From an uncultured virus (IMG/VR IMGVR_UViG_3300021087_000002) (lineage: Duplodnaviria > Heunggongvirae > Uroviricota > Caudoviricetes), in the IMG/VR virus record IMGVR_UViG_3300021087_000002: a stretch of 64,000 nucleotides of DNA; one strand, given 5' to 3'. How positions within the stretch are numbered: position 1 is the first letter of the stretch; each line of letters starts with the position of its first letter. The notes under the pieces were generated by a model that was not told the origin of the DNA, ran no database searches, and worked only from the letters and a program-made list of their open reading frames with translations. The position numbers and the translations under genes are program-made. Of the stretch, positions 31,065-40,256 are shown piece after piece.

Positions 31065-32132
31065 ATGGCGGCAATTAATTTCCCATCATCGCCAGCAAAT
31101 GGCGCAACCCACACCGCTAACAACGTCACATGGACATTTGAAAGTGCAAAAGGTGTGTGGAGAGCTACTACCTTTGCGGATGCTCCTCAAGGCGTAAAAG
31201 GTCAAAAAGGTGAGAAGGGTCAAAAGGGTCAAAAAGGCGAAGTAGGTCAAAAAGGTCAAAAGGGACAGACTGGTAATACTGGTAATACTGGTTCAACTGG
31301 TGCCAAAGGACAAAAAGGTGAGATTGGTAATACTGGTAATACTGGTAGCACAGGTAATACTGGTAGCACTGGTTCAACTGGTGCCAAAGGACAAAAAGGT
31401 CAAAAAGGACAAACTGGTAGCACTGGTGCCAAAGGTCAAAAGGGTGAGATTGGTGCAACTGGTAGTACTGGTAGCACTGGATCGACAGGTAGCACAGGAT
31501 CTAAGGGACAAAAGGGTGAGATAGGTGCCTTTGGAGGCGGATCTCTTGATATCACTAACGGTGGTCTTTTCTCTAATGCCTCATCTAACTGGACAGGTGA
31601 TCCAGGTACAAAAGGTAAAATCCAATATCACTCAAATAGATGGTACATTGTTGCAGACCAATCTTCAAACAGAATTGTTCAGTTTAGAAGAAATGGCTCC
31701 GATGTATCGTATGTTGATAACTCAGGTACCTACCAAGGTACGGCTACGTCTGCAAACTGGTCGGATTTGGCGGAGAAATATTTAGCTGATAGAGGATATG
31801 AGCATGGAGATCTTTTGGCTATTGGTGGCGATAATGAGGTAACTCTATACCAAAAAGGTATGGCTATTGCAGGTGTTATCTCTACACTTCCAGGCGTTAG
31901 AATGAATGTTAACGAAGATAATAAAGAAGATCCTTTATGGCCTTTCATTGCTCTTAAGGGACGTATCCCATGTAAGGTTAACGGAACTGTTAAAAAGGGT
32001 GACTATATAGTAGCAGATAATGACGGTAAATGTAAAGCAGTTCCAATTGAACGTGCTTCTGAAATACACTTCTTATATTATGTTGGTGTAGCATTAGAAG
32101 ATGGTGAAGGGGTAGTCGAGGTTAAAGTTTAA
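31065..32132 (+). CDS. Collagen-like fibre protein with C-terminal intramolecular chaperone (Peptidase_G2-like) domain
   Basis: 38 Gly-X-Y triplets; C-term SDLAEKY...GVIST...ALKGRIPCKV...KKGDYIV. Confidence 0.8.
   Translation: MAAINFPSSPANGATHTANNVTWTFESAKGVWRATTFADAPQGVKGQKGEKGQKGQKGEVGQKGQKGQTGNTGNTGSTGAKGQKGEIGNTGNTGSTGNTGSTGSTGAKGQKGQKGQTGSTGAKGQKGEIGATGSTGSTGSTGSTGSKGQKGEIGAFGGGSLDITNGGLFSNASSNWTGDPGTKGKIQYHSNRWYIVADQSSNRIVQFRRNGSDVSYVDNSGTYQGTATSANWSDLAEKYLADRGYEHGDLLAIGGDNEVTLYQKGMAIAGVISTLPGVRMNVNEDNKEDPLWPFIALKGRIPCKVNGTVKKGDYIVADNDGKCKAVPIERASEIHFLYYVGVALEDGEGVVEVKV
31191..31532 (+). repeat. Collagen Gly-X-Y repeat (Lys/Thr at Y, no Pro)
   Basis: GQK, GNT and GST triplets. Confidence 0.9.
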
Positions 32133-32518
32133 TGCCAACCTATGCACAAAATAATAGTAGTTTGCAAAGTCAAGCTGGAGCACAGTTAAGGACTTTTGAT
32201 AAAACGATGACGTTTACTGTCACTGCATATGTGTTGCAAACAGTGTCACAAACTCAAGCGGGACCTACAAGCTCAAGTGGCTTTAATCAACGCTTTGAGT
32301 ACACAGGAGCGGCTAACTCGCTATACAATAACTATTTAGATTCTGGGATATACACAGGGAATCGTATGTACAGTCAAGATGTTATTGACTCTATTAATAG
32401 TGTTATGCAAAGAACAGTAGATCAGATTGAATCTCGTATCACTAACAGATCCATTTCAGCTTTACTATGTCATAGCTCTTGTCATACTAGTTGTCACACA
32501 TCAAGAGGTCGTAGATAA
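32132..32518 (+). CDS. Putative radical-SAM target/precursor protein 1 (C-terminal CHxS x3 + RGRR)
   Basis: 128 aa ending LCHSSCHTSCHTSRGRR; TAATG-coupled to the fibre gene. Confidence 0.65.
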   Translation: MPTYAQNNSSLQSQAGAQLRTFDKTMTFTVTAYVLQTVSQTQAGPTSSSGFNQRFEYTGAANSLYNNYLDSGIYTGNRMYSQDVIDSINSVMQRTVDQIESRITNRSISALLCHSSCHTSCHTSRGRR

Positions 32519-32904
32519 TGGGTAATTTAACCAGAGATAGTATAGATAGTTACATGCAAACTTATGCAGGTGGTAAGTTAAGAACGTTTGACAAAACTAT
32601 TACTATAACAACTACAGCATATCAGAATAACAATCCCACTGCTATGGGTGGAACAGGTAGTAATACTACGACACATAGGTTTGAATATACAGGAGCGGCT
32701 AACTCTCTATTTGATAACTATATTGATGGTGGCATATCCGCAGGCTCAAGAGCATATTCGCAAGACATCGTTGACACATTAGAGGACGGAGTAAGAAGAA
32801 CCGTAGACCTCATTGAAGGTAGAATTACTAATAGATCTATCTCCGCAGTATTATGCCACTCAAGCTGTCACACCAGCTGTCATACATCAAGAGGAAGACG
32901 TTAA
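32518..32904 (+). CDS. Putative radical-SAM target/precursor protein 2 (paralogue)
   Basis: 128 aa, identical C-terminal tail; TAATG-coupled. Confidence 0.65.
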   Translation: MGNLTRDSIDSYMQTYAGGKLRTFDKTITITTTAYQNNNPTAMGGTGSNTTTHRFEYTGAANSLFDNYIDGGISAGSRAYSQDIVDTLEDGVRRTVDLIEGRITNRSISAVLCHSSCHTSCHTSRGRR

Positions 32905-32905
32905 A

Positions 32906-34084
32906 ATGACAATGCAACAATCATATTGTAAGCAGATGAGATACTCAGGACCTGAAAGTCTGGCACCATCTGATGCAACAAAGTTCGATGTTCTTATTCA
33001 GATGGAAGTTCTCTCTGGGTGTGAACAGGGTTGCCTTGGCTGTTTTGTTGATAAAGCAATTGATCCAGAAGTCAATCAAGCAATTATTGATCGTGCTAAG
33101 GAACTTGCTGATGGCGTTAAACGTGTAGGTGGCAACCTAAGAGAGTTTGTTATCGGTCCTACAGACCTATTCTCTGCTAAAAATACAAAAGATATCTTGA
33201 CAAATCCAACAGTTCAAGCTATAATGAGAGAACACACTAATGCACGTATTGCCTCTCCTGCTAAGTTTGACAATGCGTCAATGGAAAAGGTCAGAGAGAT
33301 CTTTGCTATTCTAGACGATCTAGATGCATATAGACGTGAAATGGTTATCGAATTCATTATGCCGATTGGTCGTATTAACGAGATGTTGGATGATGACGAT
33401 TACTATAATAGAGTTATGGAGAAGATAGAGTTCTTTAAGAACGAAACTCCAAAGATGATGGACTGGTCTTGGACTTTACAAGCTTCTAATGTTGTTGGTA
33501 AACAGATCGACAAAGAGAAATACAATAGACTGATTGATCGTTCTGTAAATGATTTTGGAACCATCATGGAGATGAACCCAGCATTTGCAAGAGCACCTAA
33601 TCAGATTATCCAACGTAATAACTTGTTTGCTTGGAATAGGTTCCTAGAATCAGTTATTGATGAAGATAACCGTAAAGAGGCCGTTATGTCAATGGCTAAC
33701 CTTTATTGTAACTCAATCAACTTTGTGGGTATCACTATCGTACCAGGAGAGAACGGACCTACTACGCATTTGAATGTTATGTTGCATGAACAGGCATTTT
33801 TCTTATCTAATAAGAACCTAGATGTAACAGGATTATCTTTTGAGGAAATCTTACAACGTAAGAACGAATTGATTACAAAAGGTATAAATAGGTCTAGTAA
33901 GGTAAAGGACTGCTCAGATTGTAAGTTTGCTGTCGCATGTGCTAACAGATTAGTATTCGAAGCACAAGAAAGCTTAAACATAGATGGATGTGTATTACCA
34001 AAAGAAACATTGAAGTATTATAATCCATTCGACTTTACTTGGAATGATGATGCAACTCAATATAAAATGAAAGACGGAGCGTAA
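32906..34084 (+). CDS. Divergent radical SAM enzyme (GPTD clade) 1
   Basis: CEQGCLGC, IGPTD, C-term CSDCx5C...C; start set at MTMQQ. Confidence 0.75.
   Translation: MTMQQSYCKQMRYSGPESLAPSDATKFDVLIQMEVLSGCEQGCLGCFVDKAIDPEVNQAIIDRAKELADGVKRVGGNLREFVIGPTDLFSAKNTKDILTNPTVQAIMREHTNARIASPAKFDNASMEKVREIFAILDDLDAYRREMVIEFIMPIGRINEMLDDDDYYNRVMEKIEFFKNETPKMMDWSWTLQASNVVGKQIDKEKYNRLIDRSVNDFGTIMEMNPAFARAPNQIIQRNNLFAWNRFLESVIDEDNRKEAVMSMANLYCNSINFVGITIVPGENGPTTHLNVMLHEQAFFLSNKNLDVTGLSFEEILQRKNELITKGINRSSKVKDCSDCKFAVACANRLVFEAQESLNIDGCVLPKETLKYYNPFDFTWNDDATQYKMKDGA
33883..33890 (+). promoter_or_regulatory. Possible internal late promoter
   Basis: TATAAATA about 200 nt upstream of 34087. Confidence 0.4.
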
Positions 34085-34086
34085 CC

Positions 34087-35190
34087 ATGATAGGTCAAAA
34101 TCTATACTACTTAAACAATAGTAAGTATATCTCAACTCTTGAAAACTTAGACACTGTAGTTGGTGAGTTAAACTCGTATTATCACACGTCAACCCCACGT
34201 AACATCGTTCTCGTGCATCCATCAAATGGTGCACAGTTGTTGGCGGCTCAGTATGAATCTATTGCTAATACTGTTAGAAATAATGCTAACGATCTAATAT
34301 CTTATATGACTTTCGATGAAGTTGATGATGTTGATTTCATTCAGAATAGTGATAAACGTATTGTTCTATTTTCTACTTGTGAAGATATGATTAAAGTGTT
34401 TGCAAGATATACATCTGGACTTATTACTGCATCTGGCTTCTATGATTCAAGTACTAACGTTACAAGTATGGTTGGACAATTCCTTGAGAAGATTTTCTCT
34501 ATGGATGCTATGCTTACTATGGTTCTTGCTGACGAGACTATTAATGACGTATCAAATCATGTAGACACACTATTCTCCACAGACTCAGGTGGTGGCGGAG
34601 TAACTCCTTATACAGTGATCTATCAGAATGGTAAGAACTTTAGTTATGATCTTTTATTTTGGTTAAACGATTACCACAGAACTAATGCAGTACAGCTACT
34701 TATTAAAGAAAAGTTTACAGTACATCAGTCTACAATGGCTCAAGATGTGATGGAACACTTTACATCAAGGCGGCACTACTTGGCATATATCCTTTCAGTA
34801 ATTGATTGGATGAATGCCAATACAGCACGTAATGCAGAATATGCCACAAATAAGACAGAGTGGGTTAGGGACTGTTATATTACTAAAGCAAATGCAGGTA
34901 ACTATACTGCCGCATTCTATAAACTAGAAGAGCTATGGAACCTAGTCAAAGCAGATACTGCATTCATTGCCGCACACCAAGATAAAGCAGACAGTGATGC
35001 AGACGGTTGGGAATATATGGATCTCTATACAGAGTTTAAGAATGTATTTCCTATTGTACGAAAAGTATTACAAAACGATTTTGATATGGATAATCTGACT
35101 GCCGATCTTAAACTGATCAATACGGATGTTCAGTTCTTCTCTAAGAGACAAAACCGTATCCCATATCTTATCCATAAGTATCCACTATAA
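34087..35190 (+). CDS. Hypothetical protein in rSAM cluster
   Basis: 367 aa, no recognised motif. Confidence 0.6.
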   Translation: MIGQNLYYLNNSKYISTLENLDTVVGELNSYYHTSTPRNIVLVHPSNGAQLLAAQYESIANTVRNNANDLISYMTFDEVDDVDFIQNSDKRIVLFSTCEDMIKVFARYTSGLITASGFYDSSTNVTSMVGQFLEKIFSMDAMLTMVLADETINDVSNHVDTLFSTDSGGGGVTPYTVIYQNGKNFSYDLLFWLNDYHRTNAVQLLIKEKFTVHQSTMAQDVMEHFTSRRHYLAYILSVIDWMNANTARNAEYATNKTEWVRDCYITKANAGNYTAAFYKLEELWNLVKADTAFIAAHQDKADSDADGWEYMDLYTEFKNVFPIVRKVLQNDFDMDNLTADLKLINTDVQFFSKRQNRIPYLIHKYPL

Positions 35191-35203
35191 GGAACATTAT
35201 ATT

Positions 35204-35962
35204 ATGACAATTCCAGACGAAAGTACGTGCTATGAGTTACCTCTATCTCCACAGCACCTAGTACAGATATACAAAGATAAGAATGAACTTGAAGAGTATG
35301 TCCTTTGGGTTGACTATGCTAAAAGCAAAGAGAAACTATCAGCCCAACATATTATCATTTATTTGGCTAATACCAACTTTAAGACAACATTCTCTTCTAT
35401 TGATGAGGATCTGATTAAGGCTTACATCAATTCGGACTTTATGGTAGATTGTCCGTTACTAGCTAGAATTGTTGTTCTTATTATTAAGTTTTATTATAAG
35501 CACGATATTAGTGAACAAGAAAGTCAGTTGCTATACATATTCCCACCAAAGTTAATCTTTAAGTTTATTGAAGAGAATTCAGCATTGGTCGAGAGCCTCA
35601 TAGATACAGTTGCATCTTCTGTTCCCTTTGCATTATCAAAACTTTATGATGGTCTCACAGATGATCAAAAAGAATTAGAAGTTAATCTTAAACAATTACT
35701 TGATGATACCAAAGTAGTGGATAAGCCAGCTATGTGCGGTCCTAATATTGCTAGGCTTCTTACAACTGGCTATGATGCACTTCTACTAATTGTAAGTAAG
35801 AGGGGGCTATCTACAGAATACAATAAACAAATATATAACGATTCACCAAAATACTTCGGTAGAGATCTATACAACGTTATGTGCGAAGCTAAAATAACGG
35901 ATCAAATAGTATCATTCTTCCCCGAAGATTTTATGTTGTTTGTCAATGATAACGAAGCTTAA
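35204..35962 (+). CDS. Hypothetical protein in rSAM cluster
   Basis: About 252 aa; start set at MTIPD after the AAGGA RBS. Confidence 0.6.
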   Translation: MTIPDESTCYELPLSPQHLVQIYKDKNELEEYVLWVDYAKSKEKLSAQHIIIYLANTNFKTTFSSIDEDLIKAYINSDFMVDCPLLARIVVLIIKFYYKHDISEQESQLLYIFPPKLIFKFIEENSALVESLIDTVASSVPFALSKLYDGLTDDQKELEVNLKQLLDDTKVVDKPAMCGPNIARLLTTGYDALLLIVSKRGLSTEYNKQIYNDSPKYFGRDLYNVMCEAKITDQIVSFFPEDFMLFVNDNEA

Positions 35963-36971
35963 TGCAACAGAAGCAGGGTATTACAGCTATATTGATGGTA
36001 TAAGTCCTACCAATGTAGAATTCCTACGCACAGAGATTAACCTAGATATTCTTCATGGTTGTGATCAGATGTGCCCCGGATGCTTCATTCCTAGAAAAAA
36101 CCTAACATCACCAGACCATATGACAAAGCTTTATGATCTTTTGTGTAAGGGTCAGATGTATCCAGATGAAATTACTATAGGTCCAACAGATATATTTGAT
36201 GCACAAAACTTCGATGAAGTTATGCAACATCCATCTATGACAGATCTATACAGCATATCTGGTGTTGGGTTTACATCTACATTACTACAAGATCCTTCTA
36301 TTGTCAAGCCTAAACTTGATATGATTTGGCAGATCTATAGAAACATTAATCGTATTCCAGATATTGATTTTAAGATTGTATTGGATGTAGAGGCGTATCT
36401 TGATGATGATCTTGATCCTAACTTCCTAGAGAACATTAAACTATTCAGTATAGGATCTGTTCAGTTTAGAGTTAATTACACAGAAGATCTATTTGATAAG
36501 ATATCTTATAACGAACTATGTTCTAGGGTTAAAGAAGACTTCAACGCACCAGTAGTTATCACACCTTCATTCTTGACAGACAGAAACGCACGTGGTAAGG
36601 TTAATAAGTTTCTTGATATGTTTAGGGAAGACCTACGTAAACAAGATATTGATCCAGAATGGCGTAATCTTTACACATTCTTTGATGCTAAGTTTAATGG
36701 ATATGGTTGCCAGAACTACAGCTTTTATAATGGGAAACTATATGTTAACCCATTCCTATATGATGCAATCATACAAAGAACTCCTGAGTTTGAGACGGAT
36801 ATAGACCAAGAGTGGTTGCCACAAAACCTAGAGTATGCGAATACAGTTGAAGATTGTTCTGACTGCGAATACATGCTCAGTTGTGCAGAAAGAAACGTAC
36901 ACATGTATATGAAGTCAAGGAAACTAGACCAATGTGTCGCCTTGAAAGAGTATATGTATGCCACTAATTAA
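35946..36971 (+). CDS. Divergent radical SAM enzyme (GPTD clade) 2
   Basis: CDQMCPGC, IGPTD, CSDCx5C...C. Confidence 0.8.
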   Translation: MITKLNATEAGYYSYIDGISPTNVEFLRTEINLDILHGCDQMCPGCFIPRKNLTSPDHMTKLYDLLCKGQMYPDEITIGPTDIFDAQNFDEVMQHPSMTDLYSISGVGFTSTLLQDPSIVKPKLDMIWQIYRNINRIPDIDFKIVLDVEAYLDDDLDPNFLENIKLFSIGSVQFRVNYTEDLFDKISYNELCSRVKEDFNAPVVITPSFLTDRNARGKVNKFLDMFREDLRKQDIDPEWRNLYTFFDAKFNGYGCQNYSFYNGKLYVNPFLYDAIIQRTPEFETDIDQEWLPQNLEYANTVEDCSDCEYMLSCAERNVHMYMKSRKLDQCVALKEYMYATN

Positions 36972-38121
36972 AAACAACCTATACTACGAACTCACCACGG
37001 AAACTCAGACCAAGCCAGTATCGGCAGTAAAGATACAGCTTGATGTTTTAGATGGTTGTCATCACAAATGCCCAGGTTGCTTTGTGCATCGTAGAGGTAA
37101 TGCTAGTGACGAGCATCAGTTAGATAAAGCCAAAAACTTCATACGAGACATAACAGACAAAGGTATTCTGGTTGACGAAATCCTAATAGGTCCGACAGAT
37201 TTCCTTGCATCAGAGAACTTCTATGAGGTCATGCCTTCTTTGATTGATATCATCAACGAGAACTCTCCTATCCTTGCATTCGTGTCTACGTTGATAGATG
37301 GGGATCTTCCTAGGTGGATTGCTTTCATAACAAATAATATCAACACAGACACAGAGATTGAAATTGGGATTGCAACAAACCCACACAAGTTCTTTGATAA
37401 AGAGTATGTCGATCATATTCATAAGATGTTACAATATATCGATGAGAACCTTGAGCACGAGGTAACATATACCTTTGTTGTAAACATACGTGATTATGGG
37501 CTAGATTACGTTAAACTGCATAAAAGCGCAGTAGAACGCTTTAATACGATATTAGACTTTATACCGTCTGTTTCACGATCACACAAACCAAAGCTAATAC
37601 TTGACACATTAGACAAGTTTAACGACTTCTTTGATGAGCTAAGTGCTTATAAAGAAACAAAATTAAATAACATAATGGTAGACCACTCACATGGTGGGAT
37701 GAATTATACTGTGTTAAACTACAAAAAGGGCGAATGGTTCATTTCACCGTTTATGTACGAAAACATGGCATTGTACCATGAAATGTTTAAAGTAGATACA
37801 TTTGATGAAGTACTGCCTATTTTAGAAAGTCAACTTGAGAGAGTAAAGAATACAGAGTGTGAGACTTGTCCATTGCTGATGTCTTGTTACAATAGAAAGA
37901 TTATCTTACTTAGAGATTACCTTGGGGTTAATAGATGTATTGCACCCAAGAAGAATATGCTTGCACATATACATAACTATAACGCACCTGCTCAAACCAT
38001 GTACAAATGGGACGGATATACTGTAGAAGGTGATAAGAATGGTTATCGTAAAAGGTTCCTTGTGACTGAAGACGGTGACAAAGAGCTAGACAGAATAAAG
38101 GCTATATCTTATGTTAAATAG
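36958..38121 (+). CDS. Divergent radical SAM enzyme (GPTD clade) 3
   Basis: CHHKCPGC, IGPTD, CETCx5C...C. Confidence 0.8.
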   Translation: MPLIKNNLYYELTTETQTKPVSAVKIQLDVLDGCHHKCPGCFVHRRGNASDEHQLDKAKNFIRDITDKGILVDEILIGPTDFLASENFYEVMPSLIDIINENSPILAFVSTLIDGDLPRWIAFITNNINTDTEIEIGIATNPHKFFDKEYVDHIHKMLQYIDENLEHEVTYTFVVNIRDYGLDYVKLHKSAVERFNTILDFIPSVSRSHKPKLILDTLDKFNDFFDELSAYKETKLNNIMVDHSHGGMNYTVLNYKKGEWFISPFMYENMALYHEMFKVDTFDEVLPILESQLERVKNTECETCPLLMSCYNRKIILLRDYLGVNRCIAPKKNMLAHIHNYNAPAQTMYKWDGYTVEGDKNGYRKRFLVTEDGDKELDRIKAISYVK

Positions 38122-39250
38122 TAGTTGGGAAGATATCGTCAAACATGGTGGCGTGGGGGAAGAGTTTACTTCTGTATCATCTATGGGACAATATAAGATA
38201 CAAGTAACACTAGAACTACTTGAGGGCTGTTCTTACATGTGTCCGGGATGTTTTGTTAAGAGACGTGGAAACTGGCACCCTAAGTCTATACAACTATTTT
38301 ATGATCTAGCATATGCATTAAAAGATAATTCCGATATAGTTCTTGATGATATTGTAATCGGACCTACAGACTTCTACGGAGCAGAAAACTTAGATGAGAT
38401 TATAAAGAACCATAGGCTTGCTAGTGCTATATTAATGATGCCAGAAGACAGTAGAAATATTCAACACAACTGTTCTATTATGGGATCTTTGAGCGAAGAT
38501 GATATTCTAGGTAAGATTAAGTCTATAGAAAAGTCTCCTCTTGGACAGGTTGTTAAGTCATGGGATGTGCAGATAGCACTAGATCTTAACAGAGTACTAG
38601 ATGATCCAGTTTATAGAAATGCGTTGGACACCAGAGTTAACCACTTTAAAGACAGTACACTGGACTTTGAGATATCAATGGCAACCAATATTGTTGATGG
38701 TATAGAGGATAGATTGTACGAGGCTATCGATTACATACGAGAGACCTACAATACAGTCATTGAGATCTTACCATCCGTTGTTCGATCTTTTAACAATACA
38801 ACTAAGCATGGTGATAAACTGTTTGCTTGGAATGATATGCTTACCAATCTATCTACTGATGTTAATCGTTTTAAGAACAAGTTTCATTTCCTACAAGGAG
38901 ATCTATCTCACAAAGCATTTCATTATGCAGTAGTAAACATACATCATGGAAAACTATATGCTTCACCATTCATCTATGAGAATGCTCAAATTTACAAACC
39001 AGATTTTGAGATTGTACAAGATAGACCTATACTAGATGCTATCTTAGATTATAAACATAAAGTTGTATCGGAGCAATTAAAGAATAGTTTTGATAAAGAA
39101 TGTGGTACGTGCAAGTACCTTAATGTATGCTCCAATAGATTAATACCAAAGGTTATGGATACGATGTTTAAAGGACGTTCAGAGTGTATCTTAAATAAAG
39201 AAGTTATTGCCCTATTTGACAACGAGGAATATCATGGGAATAGTTACTAA
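38111..39250 (+). CDS. Divergent radical SAM enzyme (GPTD clade) 4
   Basis: CSYMCPGC, IGPTD, CGTCx5C...C. Confidence 0.8.
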   Translation: MLNSSWEDIVKHGGVGEEFTSVSSMGQYKIQVTLELLEGCSYMCPGCFVKRRGNWHPKSIQLFYDLAYALKDNSDIVLDDIVIGPTDFYGAENLDEIIKNHRLASAILMMPEDSRNIQHNCSIMGSLSEDDILGKIKSIEKSPLGQVVKSWDVQIALDLNRVLDDPVYRNALDTRVNHFKDSTLDFEISMATNIVDGIEDRLYEAIDYIRETYNTVIEILPSVVRSFNNTTKHGDKLFAWNDMLTNLSTDVNRFKNKFHFLQGDLSHKAFHYAVVNIHHGKLYASPFIYENAQIYKPDFEIVQDRPILDAILDYKHKVVSEQLKNSFDKECGTCKYLNVCSNRLIPKVMDTMFKGRSECILNKEVIALFDNEEYHGNSY

Positions 39251-40256
39251 TAACAAAAGTGAAGCACAGGCAGACAAAGACTTTGACTTGTCATTTAACG
39301 ATGGACACGAAATCAAAGTAATCTTTAATGCCGAAGTGTTGTCAGGTTGTGAGTTTAAATGTGTTGGTTGTTTTGTGAACAAACTAGGAACAAACATAGG
39401 TAGCTTTGATAGACTAAACAATGCTATTGACTTGTTCAATGATAATGGTTATAGATCATCTACGATCAACATAGGTCCCACAGACATATTTGGTAATAAC
39501 AATGTGATGGATCTATTACAGGATCCAGACTTCAGAGATGCGTTAAGTAAAGTCACTACTATCCAGTTTGTTACCACACTTGAGAACATTGACTTAGACG
39601 TAATCAATGAGTTGAATAGCATTCCTAAGACAAAAGGATTTATGTATGATGCGAACATAGCAATAGATCCTAAGAAGTTTCCTAACGGATATGAGGAGAT
39701 GATTGATAAGTTAAATCTATTTGATGACGATCTTAATTACTACATTGTCCTTAATATGGGAAATGATGATGACCTTAATGAAAGGGTTCTTGAGTTATCT
39801 GATATAGCAGATAAACAGTTCGATACAATCTTAACACTCAATCCATCATTTTTAAGAACTGAGAAGAGCAAGGTACATAAACATCTAATCAACAAGTGGA
39901 AGAAGCTAGATGATTGGGCAGAAGACAACTTTCCTTCTACTATCATCGATCAGGCACAAGGTGGATCTTTAGAACTCAACTACACATATTGTAATGGTAA
40001 CTTCTTTTGGACACCATTTGTATATGATATCGTCAAGATAGGTACAGATCAGTTTAAGGTTAAGGATGAAGAGAACATAGACTCTTGGCTAAAGGCTAAG
40101 AATGACAGTTTCCTAACCCAGATGATGTACACATCCAAGACAGATAGTTGTGACGGATGTGCCAAGATGATGACTTGTATCGATAAAGGTGTACAGTCCT
40201 ACATGGAACACCATTCTATTACTGAGTGTTTGTTTCCATATAATCAAAACCAGTGA
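39234..40256 (+). CDS. Divergent radical SAM enzyme (GPTD clade) 5
   Basis: CEFKCVGC, IGPTD, CDGCx5C...C; start set at MGIVT. Confidence 0.8.
   Translation: MGIVTNNKSEAQADKDFDLSFNDGHEIKVIFNAEVLSGCEFKCVGCFVNKLGTNIGSFDRLNNAIDLFNDNGYRSSTINIGPTDIFGNNNVMDLLQDPDFRDALSKVTTIQFVTTLENIDLDVINELNSIPKTKGFMYDANIAIDPKKFPNGYEEMIDKLNLFDDDLNYYIVLNMGNDDDLNERVLELSDIADKQFDTILTLNPSFLRTEKSKVHKHLINKWKKLDDWAEDNFPSTIIDQAQGGSLELNYTYCNGNFFWTPFVYDIVKIGTDQFKVKDEENIDSWLKAKNDSFLTQMMYTSKTDSCDGCAKMMTCIDKGVQSYMEHHSITECLFPYNQNQ

Noticed and set aside
30307..31532. Repeated GGTCAAAAAGGTGA-type DNA units as a CRISPR array or DGR repeat
   Set aside because: The repeats are in-frame collagen Gly-X-Y codons with no unique spacers; no cas or reverse transcriptase gene is recognised in the window.
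32132..32904. Paralogue pair as a DGR template/variable repeat, or as c-type cytochromes
   Set aside because: Differences are synonymous and not adenine-specific; the motif is CxxxCH rather than canonical CxxCH and there is no signal peptide. Haem binding is kept only as a minor alternative.
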